64,000 nucleotides of DNA from Squalus acanthias. Taxonomy: Eukaryota. A model generated the notes under the pieces. It was not told the origin of the DNA. It did no database searches and saw only the letters and a list, made by a program, of their open reading frames with translations. Location: assembly GCA_030390025.1 (NCBI GenBank), contig CM059431.1, positions 146,136,001-146,200,000 of the forward strand, written 5' to 3'. The first letter of the stretch is position 1. Each line of letters opens with the position of its first letter. The position numbers were made by a program, and so were the translations under genes. Positions 1-11,432 of the stretch are shown piece after piece.

Positions 1-2
1 AG

Positions 3-171
3 GTGGGTGGGGTACGAGTACCCTGGTTACCGTGGCTACCAGTTCCTGCTGGAGAAGGGGGAGTACCGACACTGGAACGAGTGGGGCGCCCGCCAGCCTC
101 AGATCCAGTCCATGCGCCGAATCCGTGACCAGCAGTGGCACCCCCATGGGTGCTTCACCGTCACCAACTAG
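3..171 (+). CDS. crybb1: Final coding exon of a beta-B crystallin (CRYBB1/CRYBB1-like); upstream exons lie outside the window
   Basis: After AG at 1-2, the frame from 4 reads [55 protein letters not shown] (TAG 169-171). This is the fourth Greek-key motif plus C-terminal arm of basic beta-crystallins. Not in the ORF track. The family is secure; the exact paralogue is not. Confidence 0.9.
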   Translation, partial: WVGYEYPGYRGYQFLLEKGEYRHWNEWGARQPQIQSMRRIRDQQWHPHGCFTVTN

Positions 172-179
172 AGAGCACC

Positions 180-790
180 GGGTACGGGCGAGGGGGTTAC
201 TGGGGCTACAGGAGGTACGGGTGGTAAAGGGGGAATAGGGGTCCTGGGTGATCTCCGGCGGGGGGCTGGGTTTTACAGGGATACTGGGGATTCAAGGGTA
301 CAAGGTACAGAGGCACTGGGGGCATTCAGGGCACTGGGGTTACAATACTACTGGGGGTTCAGGGCACTGGGGGCTCACGGGCACAGGGGTTTCAGGGTCA
401 CTGGGTTTGTAGGGGCATTGGGCTTCAGGGCCACTGGGGGTATGGGGCACTGGGGATACAGGGGTACTTGGGTACGGGGTTACTGGTGGTGGAGGTAACA
501 GGTGTTTGGGGGGGTTACAGGGGACACGGAGGTGACAGGTGGTTTTGGGGGGTGGGTACAGGGGGACATGGGGCGACAGATGGTTGGGGGGGGTTACAGG
601 GGACACGGAGGTGACAGGTGGTTTTGTGGGGTGGGGACACGGGGTGACATGTGGTTGGGGGCGGGTACAGGGGACACAGAGGGGACAGGTGGTTTTGGGG
701 GGCGGGTACATGGGCTGACGGCTGCTTCACCATCACTGATTAGGCGGGGAGGGGGTCAGGCTCGGGGGAAGGGGTACGGGAGGGGGTGGG
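180..790. repeat. G-rich low-complexity/imperfect tandem repeat in the crystallin 3' region
   Basis: Recurrent units such as GGGGACACGGAGGTGACAGGTGGTTTTGGGGGG and GGCACTGGGG. Confidence 0.7.
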
Positions 791-972
791 AGGCAGGGGC
801 ACCCAGCAGGGAGAGAGCGAGATTAACGGAAGATGGCCGCACATCGACCGGACCCGCGAGAAGGGGAGGGAGAATCCACCCGCCGAATCCTCTGGATACG
901 CCTCGCTGCCATTGGAGTTTGGTCAGCAGGAGCAGTCGGTGTTTCGAACTGTCATGTGCCGGTAGAACCAGA

Positions 973-978
973 AATAAA
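973..978 (+). promoter_or_regulatory. Candidate polyadenylation signal of the crystallin gene
   Basis: First AATAAA after the stop codon, followed by T/GT-rich sequence. Confidence 0.5.
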
Positions 979-1249
979 GAGTGTTTTAAAATATATTTCA
1001 CAAGCTGGCTCCTGAAATTTCCTGCTTTCCCCTTTCGTTTTTCATCGGCTGATGGGAGACAATCTAACAATTCCAGGGAACAGCCCTCGGGAAATGCCCT
1101 GGGCTTCACAGTCTGAGGACGAGTGTCACTCAGCCAAACCTCAAGCTTTTCGTCCAACGCCAGTGGCAACCCTGTGGACATCTTCAGATTCAGCATCCGC
1201 GCAACTGGAAGCGAGCCTGGAATTAGCGCAACTGGTGGATCTGTGCGCT

Positions 1250-2628
1250 GCCCTCACCTCCGACTCTCCCCACCTGCGGCTCTCCTCACCTCGAAATTTC
1301 CCCACCTCGAACTCACCCCACCTCCGACTCTCCTCACCTCCGACTCTCCCCACCTCCGACCCTCCCCACCTCCGACCCTCCCCACCTCCGACCCTCCCCA
1401 CCTCCGACCCTCCCCACCTCCGACCCTCCCCACCTCCGACCCTCCCCACCTCCGACTCTCCCCACCGACTCTCCACCTGCGGCTCTCCTCACCTCGAAAT
1501 CTCCCCACCTCGAACTCACCCCGCCTCGAACTCACCCCGCCTCCGACCCTCCCCGCCTCCGACCCTCCCCGCCTCCGACCCTCCCCGCCTCCGACCCTCC
1601 CCGCCTCCGACCCTCCCCGCCTCCGACCCTCCCCGCCTCCGACCCTCCCCGCCTCCGACCCTCCCCGCCTCCGACCCTCCCCGCCTCCGACCCTCCCCGC
1701 CTCCGACCCTCCCCGCCTCCGACCCTCCCCGCCTCCGACCCTCCCCGCCTCCGACCCTCCCCGCCTCCGACCCTCCCCGCCTCCGACCCTCCCCGCCTCC
1801 GACCCTCCCCACCTCCGACCCTCCCCACCTCCGACCCTCCCCACCGACTCTCCACCTGCGGCTCTCCTCACCTCGAAATCTCCCCACCTCGAACTCACCC
1901 CACCTCGAACTCACCCCACCTCCACCTCTCCCCACCTCCACCTCTCCCCACCTCCACCTCTCCCCACCTCCACCTCTCCCCACCTCCACCTCTCCCCACC
2001 TCCACCTCTCCCCACCTCCACCTCTCCCCACCTCCGACCCTCCCCACCTCCGACCCTCCCCACCTCCGACCCTCCCCACCTCCGACCCTCCCCACCTCCG
2101 ACCCTCCCCACCTCCGACCCTCCCCACCTCCGACCCTCCCCACCTCCGACCCTCCCCACCTCCGACCCTCCCCACCTCCACCTCTCCTCACCTCCGACTC
2201 GCCCCACCTCCGACTCTCCCCACCTCCGACTCTCCCCACCTCCGACTCTCCCCACCTCCGACTCTCCCCACCTCCGACTCTCCCCACCTCCGACTCTCCC
2301 CACCTCCGACTCTCCCCACCTCCGACTCTCCCGACTCACCCCACCTCCGACTCTCCGCACCTCCACCTCTCCCCACCTCCACCTCTCCCCACCTCCGACT
2401 CTCCCCACCTCCGACTCTCCCGACTCACCCCACCTCCGAATTTCCCCACCTCCGACTCTCCCCACCTCCACCTCTCCCCACCTCCACCTCTCCCCACCTC
2501 CACCTCTCCCCACCTCCACCTCTCCCCACCTCCACCTCTCCCCACCTCCACCTCTCCCCACCTCCACCTCTCCCCACCTCCGACTCTCCTCACCTCCGAC
2601 TCTCCTCACCTCCGACTCTCCCCACCTC
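1250..2628. repeat. 16-bp C-rich minisatellite (CCTCCGACCCTCCCCA and variants)
   Basis: Direct tandem periodicity of 16 bp; it explains the long Pro-rich ORFs in the track. Confidence 0.95.
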
Positions 2629-3238
2629 CAGTGCTGTGAGATAAGGCTCACTGTTAATACTGCAGGAGTGGGACTAGTACCAGCTCTGACAGAGTGAGGG
2701 ATTCACCAGTGCTGTGAGATAAGTCTCACTGTTAATACTGCAGGACTGGGACCAGTACCAGCACTGACAGAGTGAGGGATTCACCAGTGCTGTGAGATAA
2801 GGCTCACTGTTAATACTGCAGGAGTGGGACCAGTATCAGCACTGACAGAGTGAGGGATTCACCAGTGCTGTGAAATAAGACTCACTGTTAATACTGCAGG
2901 AGTGGGTCCAGTACCAGCACTGACAGAGTGAGGAATTCACCAGTGCTGTGTGATAAGACTCACTGTTAATACTGGAGGAGTGGGACCAGTACCAGCACTG
3001 ACAGAGTGAGGGATTCACCAGTGCTGTGTGATAAGACTCACTGTTAATACTGTAGGAGTGGGACCAGTACCAGCACTGACAGAGTGAGGAATTCACCAGT
3101 GCTGTGTGATAAGACTCACTGTTAATACTGCAGGAGTGGGTCCAGTACCAGCACTGACAGAGTGAGGGATTCACCAGTGCTGTGTGATAAGACTCACTGT
3201 TAATACTGCAGGAGTGGGAGCAGTACCAGCTCTGACAG
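2629..3238. repeat. 78-bp minisatellite, about 8 copies
   Basis: CAGTGCTGTG recurs at 2629, 2707, 2785, 2863 and onward. Confidence 0.95.
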
Positions 3239-3254
3239 AATGACAGATACTTAC

Positions 3255-3743
3255 AGCGGTGCGTCCGGCGCAGGCGCACTGGGATAGTCCCCGCCCCTCA
3301 GTTTCGTCAACGTTGTGGGCGGGGCATAAACGTCACCCTGCGCAGCTGGGCTCGCGCTATGACGATTTATCGGCCGTCCGGGGGGCCGGGGTAATAGCAG
3401 GAGCCACGTGACCCCGAGCCGCCGGCGGCCTTTTCAACATAGTGGGCGTAGCCCCGATGCGGTCCGGGCTGCGATTGGTCTGTGCGGCTGTCAATCCACG
3501 AGTCGCAGCCAACAGAAGAGACGGACTCAGTGATGGACATTCATTTGTTGCGCTGGCCGCGCCCGCAGTGCGGGTGCTCGGTGCTGCTTCCCAGTCGGAC
3601 GAAGAGGCGCCGGTTGTTGCGCCGTGCGGTTTGAGAGAGGGGGGAAACGGTTGAGGAGATAAAATGGCGGCGGGGAACCGGACTGAGGAGCGGTGGATGG
3701 AGCCGGATCAGAGACTGGGCGGGCGGCGATGGTGCGGGTGAGT
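3255..3743 (+). promoter_or_regulatory. CpG-island promoter and probable first exon of an unidentified gene
   Basis: CpG-dense. Contains NRF1-like GCGCAGGCGCA 3268, GC boxes 3291 and 3317, E-box CACGTGAC 3405, inverted CCAAT 3474, YY1-like AAAATGGCG 3661, and donor CGG/GTGAGT at 3738-3743. Confidence 0.7.
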
Positions 3744-4002
3744 TTGGGGATCCGAGAATCAGAGACATTTACAGCACAGAAGGAGTCTTGTCCCCGCCGG
3801 CCGGCCGACAGAGAGCGATCCTCCCCAGGCCCACTTTCCAGCTCCTTCAGAACATCAGAAACAGGAGCAGGAGTGGGTGACCCGGCCCCGAGCCTGCTCC
3901 AACATTCAATCAGATCAAAATAAGATCCAACAATCTCTCTGTCTCAGCCTCAAAGGCTGCTGTGTGAGGCAAGGGAGGAGATGGCAGGGGCTCTGACACA
4001 AG

Positions 4003-5285
4003 AGGATAACCAGGGAAAGAGTAGGGCCCATTAGGGACCAAAGTGACAATCTGTGTGTAGAGCCGGAAGATGTAGGTGAGGTTTTAAATGAATATTTTGC
4101 ATCTGTGTTCACTATGGAGAAGGACGATGTAGGCATAGAAATCAGGCAGGGGGATTGTGATATACTTGAACAAATTAGTATTGAGAGGGCGGAGGTACTA
4201 GTGGTTTTAGCGGGCTTAAAAGTGGATAAATCCCCAGAACCAGACGAGATGTATCCCAGGCTGCTGTGTGAGGCAAGGGAGGAGATTACAGGGTCTCTGA
4301 CACAAATTTTCAGAACCTCTCTGGCCACAGGGGAGGTGCCAGAGGACTGGAGGACAGCTAACGTAGTACCATTATTCAAGACGGGTAGTCGGGATAAACC
4401 ACGGAATTACAGGCCAGTGACCCTAACATCAGTGGTAGGGAAATTATTGGAATACATTCTGAGTGACAGAATTAGTCTCCACTTGGAGAGGCAAGGATTA
4501 ATCAAGGATAGTCAGCATGGTTTTGTCAGGGGGAGATCATGTCTGACCAATTTGATTGAATTTTTCGAGGGGGTGACCAGGTGTGTGGATGAGGGTAGTG
4601 CAGTTGATGTAGTCTACATGGACTTCAGTAAGGCTTTTGACAAAGTCCCGCATGGGAGGCTGGTCAAGGAGGTAAGAGCCCATGGGATCCAGGGCAATTT
4701 GGCACATTGGATCCAAAATTGGCTTAGTGGCAGGAGGCAGAGGGTGATTGTCGAAGGTTGTTTTTGTGACTGGAAGCCTGTGTCCAGTGGTGTCCCGCAG
4801 GGATCGGTGCTGGGTCCTTTGCTGTTTGTAGTGTACGTTAATGATTTAGATATGAGTGTTGGAGGTATGATCAGTAAGTTCGCAGATGACACGAAAATTG
4901 GTGGGGTGGTAACTAGCGAGGAGGGAAGCCTCAGGCTACAGGACGCGATAGACGGGTTGGTCAGATGGGCAGAACAGTGGCAAATGGAATTTAACCCTGA
5001 AAAGTGTGAGGTGATGCATTTTGGGAGGACTAACAAGACAAGGGAATACACGATGAATGGTAGGACCCCAGGAAGGACAGAGGATCAGAGGGACCTTGGT
5101 GTGCATGTACATAGATCCCTGAAGGCAGCAGGACAGGTAGCTAAGGTGGTTAAAAAGGCATATGGGATACTTGCCTTCATTAGCCGAGGCATAGAATATA
5201 AGAGCAGGGAGGTTATGATGGAGCTGTACAAAATGCTAATTAGGCCACAGCTGGAATACTGTGTGCATTTCTGGTCGCCACACTA
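4003..5285 (+). mobile_element. CR1-clade LINE ORF2 fragment (reverse transcriptase)
   Basis: ORF 4105-5340 has NYRPVTLTS, QHGF, YMDFSKAFDKVPH, GVPQGSVLGP and KFADD motifs. Confidence 0.95.
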
Positions 5286-6082
5286 TCTTCTTCTTCTTTG
5301 GCAGTCCCTTGGAACCGAGGATGACTTGTTTCCACATTAAAAATGAGTTCTCAGGTGACTGATGAGTCCAATGCGGGACCTACAGTCTCTGTCACGGGTG
5401 GGGCAGACGGTGGTTGAAGGGGCGGGTGGGTGGGGTGCTTGGGTTGACTTGCGCTTGGCTTCCGCTTGATCCTGGCGAAGAGACTCGAGGTGTTCGGCGC
5501 CTTCCCGGATGCTTCTCCTCCACTTTGTGCGGTCTTGGGCAGGGATTCCCAGGTGTCGGTGGGGATGTTACACTTTTCCAAGGAGGCTTTGAGGTGTCCT
5601 TGAAGCGTTTCCTCTGCCCACCTGGGGCTCTCTTGCCGTGCCGGAGCTCCGAGTAGAGCGCTTGTTTTGGGAGTCTCGTATCGGGCATGCAGACGATGAG
5701 GCCTGTCCATCGGAGCTGATCGAGCGTGGTCAAAGCTTCGATGCTGGGGATGTTGGCCTGAGCGAGAACACTGACGTTGGTGCGCCTAACCTGCCAGTGG
5801 GTTTGCAGGATCTTGCGGCGGCAGCGTTGGTGGTACCTCTCCAGTGCTTTGAGGTGCCTGCTGTACATGGTCCAAGTCTCTGAGGCATACAGGACAGCGG
5901 ATATTACTACTGCTCTGTAGACCATGAGCTTAGTGCTGGGTTTGAGATCCTGGTCTTCAAACACACTCTTCCACAGGCGACCGAAGGCTGCACTGGCACA
6001 TTGAAGGTGGTGTTGGACTTCGTCATCGACGTCTGCCCTTGTTGACAGTAGGCTCCCGAGGTATGGAAAGTGATCCACATTG
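5286..6082 (-). mobile_element. RTE-clade LINE 3' fragment
   Basis: ORF 5392-6078 has FPYLGS, AFGRL, VYRAVV..VLYASETW and RLPKQALYSEL..GKR..GGQRKRFKD; (GAA)n tail at 5286-5298 on the minus strand. Confidence 0.85.
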
Positions 6083-8235
6083 TGAGAGTATGCCCTGAGA
6101 CTATGTTCCTAGTTCTAGACACTCCAGCCAGGGGAAACAACCTCTCAGCATCTACCCTGTCAATCCCCTTCAGAATCTTGTAAGTTTCAGTGAGATCACC
6201 TCTCATTCTTCTAAACTCCAGAGAGTATCGGCCCATTCTACACAATCTCTCATCATAGGACAGCCCTCTCATCCCAGGAATCAACCTAGTGATCATTTGT
6301 TGCGCCGCCTCCAAGGCAAGTATATCCTTCCTTAGATAAGGAGACCAAAACTGTGCACAGTACTCCAGGTGTGGTCTGACCAAGGCCCTGTACAATTGTA
6401 GCAAGACTTCCTTACTCTTATACACCAACCCCCTTGCAATAAATGCCAACATGCCATTTGCCTTCCTTATTGCTTGCTGTACCTGCTTGCGAGCTTTCTG
6501 TGTTTCTTGCACGAGGACACCCAAATCTCTCTGAACGCCAACATTTAAAAGTTTCTTACCATTTAAAAAAATTTCTGTTTTTCTATTCTTCCTACCAAAG
6601 TGAATAACTTCACATTTCCCTACATTATACTCCATCTGCCACCTTACTGCCCACTCACTCAGTCTATCTATATCCCTTTGCAGACTCTTTGTGTTCTCCT
6701 CGCAGCTTACTGTCCCACCTAGCTTTGTGTCATCAGCAAACTTGGATACATTACACTTGGTCCCTTCATCTCGGTCATTAATGTAGATTGTAAATAGCTG
6801 AGGCCCCAACACTGATCCTTGCGGCACCCCACTAGTTACAGCCTGCCAACCTGAAAAAGATCCGTTTATCCCGACTCTCTTTTTCTGTCCGTTAACCAAT
6901 CCTCTATCCATGCTACTATATTACCCCCAACCCCATGAGCCCTAATCTTGTGTAATAACCTTTTATGTGACACCTTATCAAATGCCTTTTGGAAATCCAA
7001 ATATACTACATCCACTGGTTCCACTTTATCTACCCTGCTAGTTACATCCTCCAAAAACTCAATAAATTTGTCAAACATGATTTCCCTTTCATAAAACCAC
7101 GTTGACTCTGTCTAATCATGTTATGATTTTCTAAGTGACTTGATACCACTTCCTTAACAATGGATTCCAGCATTTTCCCAACGACTGATGTCAGGCTAAC
7201 TGGCCTGTAGTTTCCTGTTTTCTCTCCCTCCTTTCTTGAATAGCGGTGTTACATTCGCGACTTTCCAATCCGCTGGGACCATTCCAGAATCTAGGGAATT
7301 TTGGAAGATCAAAACCAATGCATCCGCTATCTCTTCAGCCACCTCTTTTAGAACCCTAGGATGTAGGCCGTCAGGTCCAGGGGATTTGTCGGCTTTTCTT
7401 CCCATTAGTTTCTCTAGTACTTTTTCTCTACTTACATTAATTACGTTAAGTTCCTCACCCTCATTAGACCCTTGGTTCCCCACCATTTTTGGTATGTCTT
7501 TTGTGTCTTCTACTGTGAAGACAGATACAAAATATTTGTTGAACGTTTCTGCCATTTCCTTATTCCCCATAATAATTTATCCTGTCTCAGCCTCTAAGGG
7601 ACCAACGTTTACTTTTGCTACCCTCTTTTTACATACTTGTAGAAGCTCTTACAATCTGCTTTTATATTTCTTGCTAGTTTTCTGTCATTCCATTTTTTCC
7701 CTTTTTTATCAATTTTTTTGGTGAACCTTTGCTGGTTTCTGAAACTCTCCCAATCCTCAGGCTTACTATTATTCTTTGCAACATTATAATCTTCTTTCAA
7801 TCTAATGCTATCCATAACTTCTTTAGTTAGCCACAGTTGGATTACTTTTCCCGTGGAGTTTTTGTTTCTCAATGGAATGTATTTCAGTTGAGAATTATGA
7901 AATATTTCTTTAAATGCTACCCACTGCTTATCTACCGCCATACCTCTTAATCTTTTTTTCCAATCTACCTTAGCCAACTCGCTCCTCATACCTATGTAAT
8001 TGGCTTTATTTAAGTTTCAGACTCTAGTTTTGGACTTAGGCAAGTCACTCTCAAAATTAATGTGAAGTTCTATCATATTATGATCACTCTGCCCCAGAGG
8101 ATCCTTTACTATGAGATTGCTAATTAACCCTGTCTCATTACACAGTATAAGATCTAAAATTGCCTGTTCCCCGGTTGGTTCCATGACATATTGTTCCAGG
8201 AAACTGTCCCGAATGCATTCCATGAACTCGTCCTG
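6083..8235 (-). mobile_element. CR1 LINE ORF2 fragment (end of APE through RT), frameshifted
   Basis: ORFs 8017-8223 (LDLIL, SDHNMI), 7196-7570, 6866-7078 and 5907-6911 (GVPQGSVLGP, KFADD). Confidence 0.92.
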
Positions 8236-8768
8236 CAGACTCTTGGTCCGTAGCCCTGTATGTTACGGCTCTTCAAGTGTACACCCAAGTACTTTTTAAA
8301 TGTGCTGAGGGTCTCTGCCTCTACCACCCTTTCAGGCAGTGAGTTCTAGACCCCCACCACCCTCTGGGTGAAAAAATTACATCTCCTCTGCACCCTCTAG
8401 TGGATGGACCGGGGGGGGAAGGTCTTTACTAGCCGAGGTATAGAATATAAGAGTAGGGAGGTTATGCTTGAACTGTATAAAACACTAGTTAGGCCACAGC
8501 TAGAAAACTGCGTGCAGTTCTGGTCACCACATTACAGGAAGGATGTGATTGCACTAGAGGGGGTGCAGAGGAGATTTACGAGGATGTTGCCTGGGCTGGG
8601 GAATTTTAGCTATGTGGAAGATTGGATAGGCTGGGGTTTTCTTTGGAACACAGGAGGCTGAGGAGAGCTAATTGAGGTGTATAAAATTATGAGGGGCCTA
8701 GATAGAGTGGGTAGGAAAGACCTATTTCCCTTAGCAGAAGGGTCAATAACCAGGGGGCATAGATTTAA

Positions 8769-8903
8769 TACGATAGCAAAATACTGCAGATGCTGGAAAT
8801 CCGAAATAACAACAGAAAACGCTGGAAAAACTCAGCAGGCCAGGCAGCATCCGTAGAGAGAGAAAGAGAGTCAACGTTTCAGGTCGATGACCCTTCATCA
8901 GAA
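8769..8903 (-). mobile_element. Short Penelope-type pseudo-LTR fragment with 11-bp TSD, inserted in a CR1
   Basis: TSD CATAGATTTAA at 8758-8768 and 8904-8914; the sequence matches both ends of the GIY-YIG element at 62466-63617. Confidence 0.85.
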
Positions 8904-8904
8904 C
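8870..8904 (-). ncRNA. Minimal hammerhead ribozyme motif
   Basis: Minus strand reads GUU-CUGAUGA-A-GGGUC-AUC-GACCU-GAAA-CG-UU-GAC: both core boxes, stem II and the palindrome AACGUU. Confidence 0.65.
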
Positions 8905-9185
8905 ATAGATTTAAAGCAGATGGTCAAAGGATTAGAGGGGATTTGAGGAGAATTTTTTTCACCCAGAGGGTGGTGGAGATCTGGAACTCCCTGCCTGAAC
9001 GGGTGGTAGAGGCAGAGAACCTCATCACAGTTTAAAAAGTGCTTGGATATGCACTTGAAGTGCTGTAACCTACAAGGCTACAGAGCAAGTGCTGGGAAGT
9101 GGAATTAGGGTGGATATCTCTTTGTCGGCCGGCTCGGACAAGATGGGCCGAATGGCCTCCTTCTGTGCTGTAAATTTCTATGATT

Positions 9186-9925
9186 GTGTAACCCGGGAGG
9201 ATGGGCCCAGTGAGATCAGACAGTGTGTAACCCGGGATGGATGGGCCCAGTGAGATCAGTCAGTGTGTAACCCGGGGGGGATGGGCTTAGTGAGATCAGA
9301 CAGTGTGTAACCCGGGGAGGATGGGCCCAGTGAGATCAGACAGTGTGTAACCCGGGGAGGATGGGCCCAGTGAGATCAGACAGTGTGTAACCCGGGGAGG
9401 ATGGGCCCAGTGAGATCAGACAGTGTGTAACCCGGGGAGGATGGGCCCAGTGAGATCAGACAGTGTGTAACCTGGGGAGGATGGGCCCAGTGAGATCAGA
9501 CAGTGTGTAACCCGGGGAGGATGGGCCCAGTGAGATCAGACAGTGTGTAACCCGGGGAGGATGGGCCCAGTGAGATCAGACAGTGTGTAACCCGGGGAGG
9601 ATGGGCCCAGTGAGATCAGACAGTGTGTAACCTGGGGTGGATGGGCCCAGTGAGATCAGACAGTGTGTAACCCGGGGTGGATGGGCCCAGTGAGATCAGA
9701 CAGTGTGTAACCCGGGGGTGGGGGGGGGGGCCCAGTGAGATCAGACAGTGTGTAACCCGGGGAGGATGGGTCCAGTGAGATCAGACAGTGTGTAACCCGG
9801 GGGTGGGGGGGGGGGGCCCAGGGGGGGGGGGCCCAGTGAGATCAGACAGTGTGTAACCCGGGGAGGATGGGCCCAGTGAGATCAGACAGTGTGTAACCCG
9901 GGGTGGATGGGCCCAGTGTGATTAG
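9186..9925. repeat. 40-bp minisatellite (CAGTGTGTAACCCGGGGAGGATGGGCCCAGTGAGATCAGA)
   Basis: About 18 near-identical tandem copies. Confidence 0.95.
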
Positions 9926-10297
9926 ATAGCGCCGGTTTCTCTAAAGCACGGTGAAATTGTACATTTCCATCCAGAATTCTGGTGATTTTCCAGAAGCCCA
10001 GGCGGGCGGGACGAAGATCTGAGGAAATGGAGAAAATCAAACAGAAATACTCGGCCCTGAACTTTTACTTCTCTGAAATGTTGGAGGAAAATTGTACACT
10101 ACATTCCACTTCACAACATCAATATTGTTCTCATTTTCTGCTCTGCCATAATTAGATCTCCTGGGGAATGATGGAGTGATTGAGAAAGGTCCACAGCTGG
10201 AGTAAACATGGATTGTAGACTGAGGAACAACAGCAGGTGAACCAGCACAGGATTGTGAGAGCACCAACCAGAGAGAACCCTTCCGATTCAAAGAGCT

Positions 10298-10549
10298 TCC
10301 AGAGATCGACTGGGGAAAAAGGTAAGAGAGAGTCCCATTGACTCAGATACACACTGGTCCTGGAGATGGACTGGGGAGAAAGGTCAGAGAGAGTCCCATT
10401 GACTCAGATACACACTGGTCCTGGAGATGGACTGGGGAGAAAGGTCAGAGAGAGTCCCATTAACTCAGATACACACTGGTCCTGGAGATGGACCGGGGAG
10501 AAAGGTCAGAGATAGTCCCATTGACTCAGATACACACTGGTCCTGGAGA
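10298..10549. repeat. 61-bp tandem repeat, about 4 copies, overlapping a candidate splice donor
   Basis: CACACTGGTC at 10350, 10411, 10472 and 10533; AAG/GTAAGA at 10322 in the first copy only. Confidence 0.9.
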
Positions 10550-11206
10550 CAGTACACAATGGTTACAAGGTAAGGCAGGAAATGGTGAGAATGAGACTGG
10601 GAGAGTCTGACCACCGAGCACAATTATCCAGCATGAGGCCGTGCAATGGGATGTGAAGTGAGATTAGCTTCTGTCTCTAAACACAGTGTCACAGCGAATC
10701 TTGTGTATATTTTAGAGTAAAGGGGTTTGATCTGAGGTGACTCCAGTCTGGGGCAGAGCCCAGCAGATGGACACGTGTCTGTTTATTAGGTGGGGCTGAT
10801 CTGGTGACAAATCAAGGGGAAAGATTGAACAGGGAAACTATTTATACTCAATTCATTGAACACGATGCAGAGAAACCTCAAAGATCAGCACGGCCTCTGA
10901 CCGTTGGTTATGGAGTGTTGTCAGATAGTGAGTGCTGAGCACAGCTTCATTACCTTTTGGATATCCCCAGTGTTTAGTACTGGGGACGGTGAAAGACATT
11001 AAACGCCAGGTGAGTGTTTGCCTCCTGTTTCATTGGTCACAGACACACACAATACAGAAGTAGAACAACGCAGGGAATGTGCTTCTAAAATCAACGTCAG
11101 ATACACAGCTAGCATCAGATTCCCAGTGTATTCTGAAATGGTGACAACCCAAAACAAGTAAAACACAGAATATAGTCTGAAACGGGGATGCGTAATAATA
11201 TTAGAA

Positions 11207-11432
11207 ATAAAAGCTGAAAGTGCTGGAAACACTGAGCGGGTCAGGCAGCGACTGTGGGGAGAGGAAGGTGGGGTTAATGTTTCAGATCCTGAACCCGTTC
11301 TCAGGAAAGGTCATTGACCTGAACCGTTAACCCCACCGTCCCCTCCCCACAGACAATGCCTGACCCACTGAGTGTTTCCAGCATTTTCAGCTTTTATGAC
11401 AGATTTCCAGCATCTCCAGTATTTTGCTGTTA
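11207..11432. mobile_element. Penelope-derived fold-back insertion with 15-bp TSD
   Basis: TSD GTAATAATATTAGAA at 11192-11206 and 11433-11447; imperfect inverted arms (TGCTGGAAACACT.AG.GGGTCAGGCA / TGCCTGACCCACTGAGTGTTTCCAGCA). Confidence 0.8.

Larger units (their letters stand above)
8236..9185 (+). mobile_element. CR1 3' end (8425-9185, +) preceded by a short inverted CR1 3' piece (8236-8380)
   Basis: YKTLVRPQLENCVQFWSPH and FFTQRVVEIWNSLP; 3' UTR GGGCCGAATGGCCTCCTTCTGTGCTGTAAATTTCTATGATT. Confidence 0.85.

Noticed and set aside
1052..2697. 530-aa and 524-aa Pro-rich ORFs and their Gly/Arg-rich antisense ORFs
   Set aside because: Artefacts of a stop-free 16-bp minisatellite that is open in several frames.
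3955..4002. 48-bp segment resembling 4258-4305
   Set aside because: It has several mismatches and lies at a junction of LINE scraps, so it cannot be distinguished from a piece of another CR1 copy.
4105..5340. 411-aa RT ORF as a domesticated gene or novel RT system
   Set aside because: An ordinary truncated CR1 ORF2 with many sister copies in the window.
9186..9925. Regular 40-bp repeats (also the 39-, 36- and 51-bp arrays) resembling a CRISPR array
   Set aside because: Head-to-tail units with no unique spacers, no cas genes, and vertebrate context.
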